NCBI GenBank assembly: GCA_020721905.1
Contig: DYLU01000002.1
Location: forward strand, 11,314-75,313
Length of the DNA stretch: 64,000 bases
Direction of reading: 5' to 3'
Origin: Leptospira biflexa
GTDB taxonomy: Bacteria; Spirochaetota; UBA4802; UB4802
In this document: piece by piece, positions 38,347 through 47,254 of the stretch
How positions within the stretch are numbered: the first letter of the stretch is position 1
How the letters are laid out: the number at the start of each line of letters is the position of its first letter
The notes under the pieces: generated by a model
What the model was told of the DNA's origin: nothing
What the model saw: only the letters and a program-made list of their open reading frames with translations
Database searches by the model: none
Translations under genes and position numbers: made by a program

Positions 38347-38805
38347 TTACTTGGCATTACGAAGTATTTCAATAATATCTTTAGTGTTCTTGACCTGAAT
38401 CATTTCATTGCGTATTGTATCGTTTTTAAGAATCGACATTATTTTAGACAATAGTTTTAAATATTCTTTATGTTGACGTTCACCCGCAGCAACCAGTACC
38501 ACCAGATGTACCGGCATTCCGTCAATGGAATTAAAATCAATGCCGTTTTTAGAAATACCTATAGCAAATGAAATTTTATGTATTGATTCCAGTTTAGCAT
38601 GCGGAACAGCAATCCCAAAACCAATACCTGTTGTCATGATTTCTTCACGTTCCTTCAATGCAGTGATGAATGCTTTAATATCGGAACATACATCGGTGCC
38701 TTTGAATACATCCGCAAGCTCTTCTATAGCCTTATATTTGTTCTTTGATTTTAAAAACTTAATAAATTTGGTATCAGTAAACTCCAGTAATGAACTCACA
38801 ACCAT
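38347..38805 (-). CDS. PTS EIIA type-2 (PtsN/EIIA-Ntr-like) domain protein
   Basis: The TGIGFGIAVPHAKL active-site His region, 152 aa, 11 nt upstream of the ClC gene. The start may be GTG 38799 rather than ATG 38805. Confidence 0.75.
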   Translation of the reverse strand: MVVSSLLEFTDTKFIKFLKSKNKYKAIEELADVFKGTDVCSDIKAFITALKEREEIMTTGIGFGIAVPHAKLESIHKISFAIGISKNGIDFNSIDGMPVHLVVLVAAGERQHKEYLKLLSKIMSILKNDTIRNEMIQVKNTKDIIEILRNAK

Positions 38806-39222
38806 CTCCTGATGTTATATTGTAAAGTATTCAATTCATGACATCAAAAACATACTATATTTCATATACACTTGATTATCGAATACATAACCCATCATGA
38901 TAATCAATTTTCAATACTATCCGGCACAATATGCTTTTGTTTTTACTGACTTTTAGATATATTTTTAAAATATTTCATGTCAATGATTTAATTGGAAAAC
39001 TCAATTAATTTCTTAACTTAAATTTGTAAACAAAATAATAAAACTTGTACACTACTACCTCATGCAGTTGAGGCTTACAAACACATATCAGCAAAAATTA
39101 TTAATAATAAAGAGCAATTTTAGAAAAATTTTTTATTGACTTTAAAAAAATATTTATATGTTAAAATCTTAATGAACAATCAATAACAAATCCATATACA
39201 ATATTACATAGAGGGGGTTATT

Positions 39223-41037
39223 ATGGGTTACACACATCTATCTCAGGTGTTCTGGGATCAGGTTAAAAAGTATGGTGATAATAAGGTAGCTCTTCGATAC
39301 AAGCCAAAAGATGAGTGGATCGAGTATACCTGGAAGCAATTTGGTGATATGGTACATAATACCAGCAAAGCATTAATTGAATGCGGTATTGGCGAACAGG
39401 AAACAGTGGGAATATTTTCACAAAATATGCCCCAATGGTCAATAGCAGACATTGGTTCATTATGTATACGGGCAATCCCTGTCCCTATTTATGCAACCAA
39501 CACTGCAAAACAGGCCGAATACATCATCAACCATGCAGAAATAAAAGTGATATTTGTTGGAGATGCCGAACAATACTCCAAAGTCATGCAGATACTCCCT
39601 GAAAATACATTTTTGCAGAAGGTTATTGTATTCAAAGAGACTGTCCCAATACAAAAATCAGATAAAATAATGTATTTAAGCGATTTTTTGAAAATTGGGC
39701 AGCAGTCAACTAAAGATAATGAAGTCAAAGAAAGGATGAGCAGAGGGAAATTAGATGATCTTTTAACTTTAATTTATACATCTGGCACCACTGGTGAACC
39801 CAAGGGTGTAATGCTAACTCACTCAAATGCCCTTTTTCAAAGAGAACAGCATGATTTACGACTGATTGATCCAAATGAAAATGATATATCACTGGCATTT
39901 TTGCCATTAAGCCATGTATTTGAACGCATATGGACATACTATGTGTTTGCAAAAGGTATGACCAATAATTACCTGGAGGACCCGGCAAAGATTGTTGAAT
40001 TTATTCAGGAAGTCAAACCTACCATCATGTGTGCTGTTCCACGCTTCTATGAAAAGATTTATGCAACAGTATTTAACAGATTAGAAAGCGCTCCTCCTGC
40101 AAAGCAAAAACTTTTCAAATGGGCAGTTAAAGTAGGTTCTCAGCATAATAACAAAAAGAAAGATCAGCTTTTTATATCACCAATGTTGCGCCTGAAATAT
40201 AAAATAGCTGACGAACTTGTACTCAAAAAAATACGGGATGTTGTGGGCGGAAGAATAAAATTCTTCCCCTGTGCGGGAGCTCCCCTTTCACAGGAAATTG
40301 AGGAATTCTTCTATGCCTGTGGCATATTTATTTGTTATGGTTATGGATTAACGGAGACCACAGCAACCGTTACCTGCCATGAACAGTATAATTTTAAATT
40401 TGGTGCAGTAGGCAAACCGCTTCCCAATGTCGAGGTCAGGATTGATCCCAACAATGGCGAGATTTTAGTCCGTGGTGGCAATGTAATGAAAGGCTATTAC
40501 AAAAAGCCAGAGGCAACTGCTGAAGTGCTTTCATCTGATGGATGGTTCAGAACCGGTGATGCCGGATTCTTTGAAGAAAATGGTGAACTCAGAATTACTG
40601 AGCGAATCAAAGACCTCATGAAAACATCAGGCGGGAAATACATCGCTCCTCAGATGATAGAAAGTACCATTGGCGCCGACCACTATATTGAACAGATTGC
40701 TGTTATTGGTGATCAGCGTAAATATGTTACTGCACTGGTGGTACCTTCATTCCTGGCTCTGGAAGAATATGCAAAAGCCCATAATATATCATATACAAGT
40801 AAAGAAGACCTTATCTCAAAACCCGAGATTATTGAATTTTACCGGCAGCGTATAGAGGAAATGCAGAAGGAATTTGCACGCTTTGAAAAGATAAAAAAAT
40901 TTACCCTTCTCCCTCAGGAATTTACCGTTGAATCAGGTGAGATAACTCCAACATTAAAACTTAAACGCAAAGTTATTGCAGAAAAGTATAATGATATCAT
41001 TGATGAAATGTATAAGGATGATAAGGGTGAAAAATAA
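39223..41037 (+). CDS. long-chain acyl-CoA synthetase (AMP-forming)
   Basis: YTSGTTGEPKG, GYGLTETT, TGD and the ...TPTLKLKRK C-terminus. GAGGGGG SD. Confidence 0.9.
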   Translation: MGYTHLSQVFWDQVKKYGDNKVALRYKPKDEWIEYTWKQFGDMVHNTSKALIECGIGEQETVGIFSQNMPQWSIADIGSLCIRAIPVPIYATNTAKQAEYIINHAEIKVIFVGDAEQYSKVMQILPENTFLQKVIVFKETVPIQKSDKIMYLSDFLKIGQQSTKDNEVKERMSRGKLDDLLTLIYTSGTTGEPKGVMLTHSNALFQREQHDLRLIDPNENDISLAFLPLSHVFERIWTYYVFAKGMTNNYLEDPAKIVEFIQEVKPTIMCAVPRFYEKIYATVFNRLESAPPAKQKLFKWAVKVGSQHNNKKKDQLFISPMLRLKYKIADELVLKKIRDVVGGRIKFFPCAGAPLSQEIEEFFYACGIFICYGYGLTETTATVTCHEQYNFKFGAVGKPLPNVEVRIDPNNGEILVRGGNVMKGYYKKPEATAEVLSSDGWFRTGDAGFFEENGELRITERIKDLMKTSGGKYIAPQMIESTIGADHYIEQIAVIGDQRKYVTALVVPSFLALEEYAKAHNISYTSKEDLISKPEIIEFYRQRIEEMQKEFARFEKIKKFTLLPQEFTVESGEITPTLKLKRKVIAEKYNDIIDEMYKDDKGEK

Positions 41038-41071
41038 AAAAAACGGCGCTTTAAAAAGCGCCGTTTTTTTT
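41038..41071. terminator. bidirectional rho-independent terminator
   Basis: AAAAAA-CGGCGC-tttaaaaa-GCGCCG-TTTTTTTT between the convergent genes 39223-41037 (+) and 41082-43100 (-). Confidence 0.8.
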
Positions 41072-41081
41072 ATATCTTATG

Positions 41082-43100
41082 TTACACCTTTACCGCTTGT
41101 TGCAGATTAGCTATGGCTAAAAATGCTTCATGAATAGCATCATTTATTTTTCCTATCTTTTTACAATCGCCAATGACCGTATGCGAAATACCAGCTTTGT
41201 GCAATTCATTCCCCAGTGGATTAACTGATCTAGAGCCCACTGCAATAACCACATTATCAAATTCATGTGTTACAAAATCGTTATCCTTTGAAAAAACTAC
41301 TGCTTTATCAGTAATCTCAGTGACCCTTGCAGAAGTAATCACATTAACTCCAAATTTTTCCAATTCCAATTTCATTATCCATTTTGTTGATCTGCCAACA
41401 TCCTTCCCAATAGCAGGAAGCATCTCAATTATGGTAACATTACTTGTGCCTTGTGTCATAAATCCCTTCAATCGTTCTACAGGTTCTGCATCAAACAACA
41501 TCAAAAAATGCAGTGCTTCAGGAGACAATGTACCCTTATTTGCAATAAACAGTGCTGTTTCTATACCTACAGCACCTCCGCCTATCACCGCAACATTACG
41601 TCCTAATTTTGGATTATCACGCAAAATGTCCCAGGCTGAATATACATGATGCTGATGTATGCCCTTAATTGGTGGCATTATTGGCTCTGCACCTGTTGCC
41701 ACTATAACATGGTCAGGCTTGCTATTGCGTATTAAATCCATTGTTACCGTTGTATTTAGATGCACGGGGATATCATATTCCTCAATCATTGCTTTATAAT
41801 AACGGATAATTTCAAGAAGCTCATGTTTATGTGGAGGTGCAGCTGCGATTTCAAGCTGACCGCCAATTTCATGTTCTTTTTCATAAATTTCTACTTCATA
41901 CCCTGCCTCTTTTGCCCGTACTGCTGCTTCAAGCCCGGCAGGTCCAGCACCCACAACCATAATCTTCAATGGATGTGAAGTTTTTGCAATAGAACGTTCA
42001 AACTCATACCCTGCACGCGCGTTCAAAATACATCCTACCGGCATGCCACTGAACAATGTATCAGTACAACCCTGATTACAACCCACGCAAGGCCGTATCA
42101 ATTTTACTTTGCCCTGCATAGCTTTCCTGGGCCAGTATGGATCAGCAATCAGTACTCTTCCCAGGTTTACCATGTCTGCCATGCTGTCGCGCAGTATTTT
42201 TTCAGCTTCATCAGGTGAGCTTATTCTGTTGGACGCCATAACCGGCACGCTCACTGCTTTTTTAATAGTAGCAGCTAAATATGCATATCCTGCCCGTGGT
42301 AATTCCATAGGAAGCTGAGGAACCTTGGCTTCATGCCATCCACCAGTAACATTAATGATATCCACACCTGCTTCTTCATATACCCTGGCAAACAAAGGTG
42401 TTTCTTTGCTTGTGTTGCTTCCCGGAACAAAATCATTGCCCGCCATCCGTATGCTGATTGGAAAATCCTTCCCCACTGCCTGGCGCACCTTTTCAATCAC
42501 CTCTCTGGGGAAGCGTGTCCTGTTTTCAAATGATCCGCCGTATTTGTCTGTTCGTTTATTTGTTATGGGCGATAGAAACTGTGTAATGAGATATCCTGCC
42601 GATGCAATAATCTCAACGCCATCAAAGCCAGCTTCCTTTACACGCAGCGCAGCATCAACGAAAGCTTTCTGGACCATCTCAATATCTTCTAACGACATTT
42701 CCCTGGGTGTCTGTTTTGAGTAATTTGAATACACCGCTGAAGGGGCAATAGGCTGTACACCATCTGTCATCATTGAATAAGAATAAGCCCCTGCATGGAA
42801 CAATTGTACAAATGTTCGGGCACCTTCATTTTTTATTATCTGTGCTAATTTTGCAAAATCAGGAATCCTGTCATCTGATGCCAGCGATAAGGCAATCCTG
42901 CCTGAACCTACAATATCTATCCCTACCGGCCCCACAGTAACAAGGCCAGCGCCACCTTTTGCTTTTTCTTTGAAATATTCATAGTACCTATCATTCAAAG
43001 TACCATCGTATGAATACAATAATCCTAAAGAAGGATAAGCAATCCTGTTTTTGATTTCCAATGTATTGATGGTTATTGGTGTGAAAAGTAGTTGATACAT
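41082..43100 (-). CDS. 2,4-dienoyl-CoA reductase-like NADH:flavin oxidoreductase (OYE domain + FeS + FAD/NAD domain)
   Basis: OYE-type N-terminus (VQLFHAGAY), 4Fe-4S motif RPCVGCNQGC, and dinucleotide fold VVGAGPAGLEAA. Confidence 0.85.
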   Translation of the reverse strand: MYQLLFTPITINTLEIKNRIAYPSLGLLYSYDGTLNDRYYEYFKEKAKGGAGLVTVGPVGIDIVGSGRIALSLASDDRIPDFAKLAQIIKNEGARTFVQLFHAGAYSYSMMTDGVQPIAPSAVYSNYSKQTPREMSLEDIEMVQKAFVDAALRVKEAGFDGVEIIASAGYLITQFLSPITNKRTDKYGGSFENRTRFPREVIEKVRQAVGKDFPISIRMAGNDFVPGSNTSKETPLFARVYEEAGVDIINVTGGWHEAKVPQLPMELPRAGYAYLAATIKKAVSVPVMASNRISSPDEAEKILRDSMADMVNLGRVLIADPYWPRKAMQGKVKLIRPCVGCNQGCTDTLFSGMPVGCILNARAGYEFERSIAKTSHPLKIMVVGAGPAGLEAAVRAKEAGYEVEIYEKEHEIGGQLEIAAAPPHKHELLEIIRYYKAMIEEYDIPVHLNTTVTMDLIRNSKPDHVIVATGAEPIMPPIKGIHQHHVYSAWDILRDNPKLGRNVAVIGGGAVGIETALFIANKGTLSPEALHFLMLFDAEPVERLKGFMTQGTSNVTIIEMLPAIGKDVGRSTKWIMKLELEKFGVNVITSARVTEITDKAVVFSKDNDFVTHEFDNVVIAVGSRSVNPLGNELHKAGISHTVIGDCKKIGKINDAIHEAFLAIANLQQAVKV

Positions 43101-43111
43101 AGGGCCTCCTT

Positions 43112-43130
43112 AACATAACACTGTTATGTT
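43112..43130. promoter_or_regulatory. 19-bp palindrome just upstream of the reductase SD
   Basis: AACATAACA-C-TGTTATGTT, 12-30 nt upstream of ATG 43100 on the minus strand. Confidence 0.35.
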
Positions 43131-43328
43131 TAAATTTTATCACATCATCACTATATATTACAACTTTTTTTGCAGAATTAATAATAAAAAATTTTTACTA
43201 TCATTTACCAACATATCTGCCATTATGTGCTACTATATATTTTAATAGATTTTTATAATCATATATGTAAATTTTAATTTTTATTTTTGTAAATCAGTAT
43301 ACTATACGTCAATATTGGAATTCATAAA

Positions 43329-44189
43329 ATGATTACACCTCATACAAAAGGCATTCTGTATGTACTTCTTTCCGCAGTTACTTTTTCTTTATCAACGGTG
43401 TTTGCAAAATACATTACCAGTACATCCCCCATTCATGGTATTGAGGTATCTTTTGTAAGATTCCTCATTGGGTTCATTATCTCTTCAGGTTATATTGTAA
43501 TCCACAAAATGAGCATTTGCCCTAATAATGTACCTCTGGTGCTTACCCGTGCTGTATCAAACACCGTGGCTGTAATACTTTTTTTTGTCGGAGTTCAATA
43601 TACAACAGTTACCAATGCTAATATGCTCAATATGACATATCCTGTTTTTGTATTTGTGCTTGCTCCTTTATTTAATAAGGAACGCATTATAAAAATTAAT
43701 ATTTTGTATCTCATGATAACTCTGGCCGGCACCTATCTGGTGATACTGCCTCATTACAGTACCATCAATATTGGTGATGTATATTCATTTCTTTCGGCAA
43801 TCATTTCTGCTATTGCTGTGGTAGCTCTGCGTGAATCACGAAAATATGATAGCACATCAATAATTTTATTTCATCTTATGACTATTGGGCTTGTTATAAA
43901 TGGCATTGCCATGATCCCGGTATTTACAATTCCTGATAGTGTCACATTTGTTTATATGCTTTTTTCAGGTTTAAGTGCATATTTAGGACAGGCTTTTTTT
44001 ACTGCTGGATTTAAATTCATTGATGCAACAAGTGGTTCAATACTATCTTCAAGCAGGATATTTATTGCAGCAAGCATGGGAATATATTTTTTCAATGACT
44101 CATTTGCCACTAACATCATTATTGGCGGGTTATTAATCACGGTGGCTCTGATAGGTGTAAGTCTGGAGGAACACAAAGATATACATTAA
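43329..44189 (+). CDS. EamA/DMT-family transporter
   Basis: About 10 TM segments in two EamA-like halves, 286 aa. Confidence 0.75.
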   Translation: MITPHTKGILYVLLSAVTFSLSTVFAKYITSTSPIHGIEVSFVRFLIGFIISSGYIVIHKMSICPNNVPLVLTRAVSNTVAVILFFVGVQYTTVTNANMLNMTYPVFVFVLAPLFNKERIIKINILYLMITLAGTYLVILPHYSTINIGDVYSFLSAIISAIAVVALRESRKYDSTSIILFHLMTIGLVINGIAMIPVFTIPDSVTFVYMLFSGLSAYLGQAFFTAGFKFIDATSGSILSSSRIFIAASMGIYFFNDSFATNIIIGGLLITVALIGVSLEEHKDIH

Positions 44190-45136
44190 TCTTCTATAAA
44201 TCCCCGCATCACCATATCCACACTACCTGCCAGCGCTTCCAGGTCATAGCCACCCTCAAGGAACGCTATCATCCTGCCACCACTGAACTCATTTGCAACC
44301 TGTTTTAACAGGACTGTAAATTTATAGTATGATTCTGAAGCAAGCCCTATGTACGATAAGGGATCGGCATTGTGGGCATCAAAACCAGCCGAAATGAGGA
44401 TAATATCAGGTTCAAATTTTGTTAATGCAGGAACTATCTGATTTTTAAATACATCCAGATACTCAGGCTCACCACTACCTGCCGGCATTGGGAAATTCAG
44501 TGTGTATCCTTCACCCTCACCTTTACCCCGTTCACTGCGGGCACCGGTTCCAGGATAATGAGGATACTGATGTGTGCTGATATACAGTACAGTTTTATCA
44601 CGTTCAAAGGTATGCTGCGTTCCATTACCATGATGTACATCCCAATCAACTATCGCAACTTTCTTCAACCCATGCTCCACCTGCAAATATTTGGCTGCAA
44701 TTGCAATATTATTGAATATACAAAAACCTGCAGCATAATCATACTCAGCATGATGACCGGGCGGTCGCACTGCACAAAAGCCGCGTATTGCTTCACCTGA
44801 CATTATTGTATCACACATGTTGAGGCTGCCACCCACCGCAAATAGCGCCACCTCATATGAACGCTTACACACTGCCGTATCCATTGAATCTAAATAATGT
44901 ATGCCGGATTCTATCTCCTGCTTTACGCGTTCAATGTATTCCGGAGAATGCACAAGTTCTATATACCGTTTTGCTCCAATTTTAGGTTCAACTTTAATCA
45001 GGGATTTATAATATGTCTGCTGACGTAATCGCTGATCTATAGCTGCCAGCCGTTCAGGCCTTTCTGGATGACCCCATCCTGTATCATGATCCATATATAC
45101 AGGATCAAAAAGGTATGCAGTAGGTACCATATACAC
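44186..45136 (-). CDS. histone deacetylase-family (class II/AcuC-like) deacetylase
   Basis: RPPGHHA, DWDVHHGNGTQ and the FLEGGY region. The start is GTG 45136 or ATG 45130. Confidence 0.88.
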   Translation of the reverse strand: MYMVPTAYLFDPVYMDHDTGWGHPERPERLAAIDQRLRQQTYYKSLIKVEPKIGAKRYIELVHSPEYIERVKQEIESGIHYLDSMDTAVCKRSYEVALFAVGGSLNMCDTIMSGEAIRGFCAVRPPGHHAEYDYAAGFCIFNNIAIAAKYLQVEHGLKKVAIVDWDVHHGNGTQHTFERDKTVLYISTHQYPHYPGTGARSERGKGEGEGYTLNFPMPAGSGEPEYLDVFKNQIVPALTKFEPDIILISAGFDAHNADPLSYIGLASESYYKFTVLLKQVANEFSGGRMIAFLEGGYDLEALAGSVDMVMRGFIED

Positions 45137-45217
45137 CCCGCATATTCAATAATGGTTTTCCAAAACCAAATAAAATGTTTTATAAAAAGTCAAGTACTTT
45201 AAAATTGGGCAGGTAGT

Positions 45218-45853
45218 TTACAGAGGATACCTAACCCCTAACCGTATTACCAGCCCTGACATATCCAGCTCTAAATCGCCGCTTTTAAGAGGTAAACTGC
45301 GATATCCAGCTTCAGCATAAAAATCAACCTTTGAATCAGCAGCTGGTTTTAACGAAGCACCAAAAAACAATTCCCACGAAAGTCCGCTAAAAAGTTTGGT
45401 AATGGAATCTGCAGTATATGACTTGCCTGTATTTGAGTCAGTAAAATCGGGCTGTGAATAATGTAATATCATGAATGAATAGCCCAGGCCAATGGTTATA
45501 AAAGGTGTTACATACAGTTTATCCTTTAAGTTTGGCAAGCGCACCTGTGCGTTGAACATCATGGGGACAATATAAGCATTGGTATCAGCCTTAACATCAA
45601 CAAATACAGTACCTTCCTGCTTAACACCTATTTTCCTGTCCCATCGTACCCATACAAATCCCGACTCAATCCCTGTCACAAAATAAGGATCAAGGAGCCA
45701 ACTATAGCGCAACGAAAGATCAAATCCATATTTGGATGGATCACTTGCGTATGATGTTCCTAACGCGCCATTTAATTCAGTGTTTGCACTAAAACCATTT
45801 ACAGTAGTTCCTATTACTATAAGTGTAAAAAATATAATAATTATTCTTTTCAT
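45218..45853 (-). CDS. outer-membrane beta-barrel protein (OmpW/porin-like small barrel)
   Basis: Signal peptide MKRIIIIFFTLIVIGTTVNGFSA, alternating strands, and terminal strand LVIRLGVRYPL. Confidence 0.65.
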   Translation of the reverse strand: MKRIIIIFFTLIVIGTTVNGFSANTELNGALGTSYASDPSKYGFDLSLRYSWLLDPYFVTGIESGFVWVRWDRKIGVKQEGTVFVDVKADTNAYIVPMMFNAQVRLPNLKDKLYVTPFITIGLGYSFMILHYSQPDFTDSNTGKSYTADSITKLFSGLSWELFFGASLKPAADSKVDFYAEAGYRSLPLKSGDLELDMSGLVIRLGVRYPL

Positions 45854-46075
45854 AAAAAACCTCTCTTGCCAATGTTTTTATATATTGTATATATTGTATG
45901 GCCCTGTGTCAACATCAATATGTGTTGCTCCACTTCAAACTTGAACTTGCAATTTTTATTTATTATCAATACATAAAAATTGTTGATTATTTACTTGATT
46001 TAAATAAAGCTTGTTACATCATCTATTCAATAACCAAAAATGTCGTAATATATTATTTATTCAAGGAATATCATT

Positions 46076-46699
46076 ATGAAAAATTTAACACTGCTTTCAA
46101 TATTTCTTTTTATGCTTTCATGTACATCCGTAGACAAATCAGTGTACATAAAAGATAAACAGGCATTGCAAAAGCCAATACGCATTGCAGTTTTAACCTT
46201 TGTTGACGCACCCAAATACCCTGGATCGGGAATAAGTATTGCTGATGCATTGACCAATGAACTGGTTCAGATATCAAATTGGGATCTGGTGGAACGTTCA
46301 CAGATAGAGAAGATTTTAAAAGAAAAATCATTTGATATGACTGGATTAACCGATTCTCAGATTACCGATATTGGCAAATTAGCAAAAACTGACTATATCA
46401 TAGTGGGTAGTGTTTCAGATTATTATTATGACAGGCAATTTTATATTGTACCAAAAACAAAGATAGCATTCAATGCCCGCATTATCAATACACAAACAGG
46501 CAGCATTGTAGGCACTTTACGCTATAACCGTGAAACCAATAAGAATGCATGGTGCGGATGCTGTCTTTTAGGATGGTATTATCTGCCAGTGCTGTTGTTG
46601 ACTGATCAGAATATTAATACGGATGTAAGCAAAGCTGCTCGTGATGTGGTAAGAACTATCAATAAGGATGTGAGTGGCAAAAGGAGCTGTTGCATATAA
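46076..46699 (+). CDS. CsgG/LpoB-like lipoprotein (copy B)
   Basis: Lipobox FMLSC. IAVLTFVD...VERSQIEKILKEKSFDMTGLTDSQITDIGKLAKTDYIIVG aligns by eye with copy A along its whole length. Contains the WCGCCLLGWYY insert and ends ...RSCCI. Confidence 0.6.
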   Translation: MKNLTLLSIFLFMLSCTSVDKSVYIKDKQALQKPIRIAVLTFVDAPKYPGSGISIADALTNELVQISNWDLVERSQIEKILKEKSFDMTGLTDSQITDIGKLAKTDYIIVGSVSDYYYDRQFYIVPKTKIAFNARIINTQTGSIVGTLRYNRETNKNAWCGCCLLGWYYLPVLLLTDQNINTDVSKAARDVVRTINKDVSGKRSCCI

Positions 46700-46710
46700 A
46701 TCAAATCCTT

Positions 46711-46881
46711 TTACTGATAGCTATCTATCATAGTTCCCAGGCCTTCAACACTGACATGTGAAATTACATTTGCTTCTACCAGTTTCTCGCTTAATCCGGT
46801 ACGTACTGCTGCCAGTCCCTTAAGCAAATTGTTGAGCTGTTCTATACTCTGCTCTATTGCTGTTAGGTGTTGTGCCATCAT
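46711..46881 (-). CDS. small hypothetical protein (56 aa), possibly YjfB-like
   Basis: ATG 46881 behind AAGGAGGG; MMAQHLTAIEQSIEQLNNLLKGL...VEGLGTMIDSYQ. The track start at 46902 is a TTG extension. The family assignment is weak. Confidence 0.45.
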   Translation of the reverse strand: MMAQHLTAIEQSIEQLNNLLKGLAAVRTGLSEKLVEANVISHVSVEGLGTMIDSYQ

Positions 46882-47254
46882 GACACCCTCCTTTGTGTCC
46901 AACAGTAATTTCTATTTGCAATATCGACTAAACCTGCTATATTCTTAATATAATATTTTTGAAGAAATTTTTTGTATTTTTTAAATTATCTTCCCATCCT
47001 ATTCATTACCATAATGCCATAGTAAAACACAATACATTGACCATTTGTTGTCAATTGCTGAAAAGTAAACACAAACTGGCAAAATTTTTGCAACTTAACA
47101 CTCAATCCTTTCCCTTATATAGGGAAAGTCAAAAGGATCTATCCTTTTATTAAGGAAATGTTTGATGCGTTATCTAAAAACAGTTGCTATATTCCATAAT
47201 AAGGGGATAAGGGTTACATGAATACATTCCATTTTTTGAAGGAGACCATGCATT

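Noticed and set aside
38806-39222. Largest intergenic gap (417 nt), scanned for sORFs, an sRNA or a mobile-element remnant
   Set aside because: It contains only short ATG-initiated ORFs (about 9-20 aa) with no SD, and no repeats or conserved RNA motifs. It is most simply a pair of divergent AT-rich promoters.
45881-45898. Tandem 9-mer TATATTGTA x2 (and AACTTG x2 nearby) in the barrel/lipoprotein divergent region
   Set aside because: There are only two copies of an AT-rich short unit, which is consistent with chance low complexity. It is not a CRISPR or a VNTR.
46685-46699. C-terminal ...SCCI of lipoprotein B as a CaaX/Rab-like prenylation signal linked to the prenyltransferase-repeat protein at 16832-17821
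   Set aside because: The motif does not fit C-a-a-X spacing. The lipoprotein is exported while the toroid protein has no signal peptide, and the two genes are 29 kb apart.
47108-47148. Two adjacent hairpins (CTTTCCCT-tatat-AGGGAAAG, then AAGGA-tcta-TCCTT followed by a T-run) in the dsbD 5' region, as a riboswitch or sRNA
   Set aside because: They have no resemblance to any riboswitch consensus I know, and the stems are short. It may be a weak terminator or leader structure and is not supportable as a feature.
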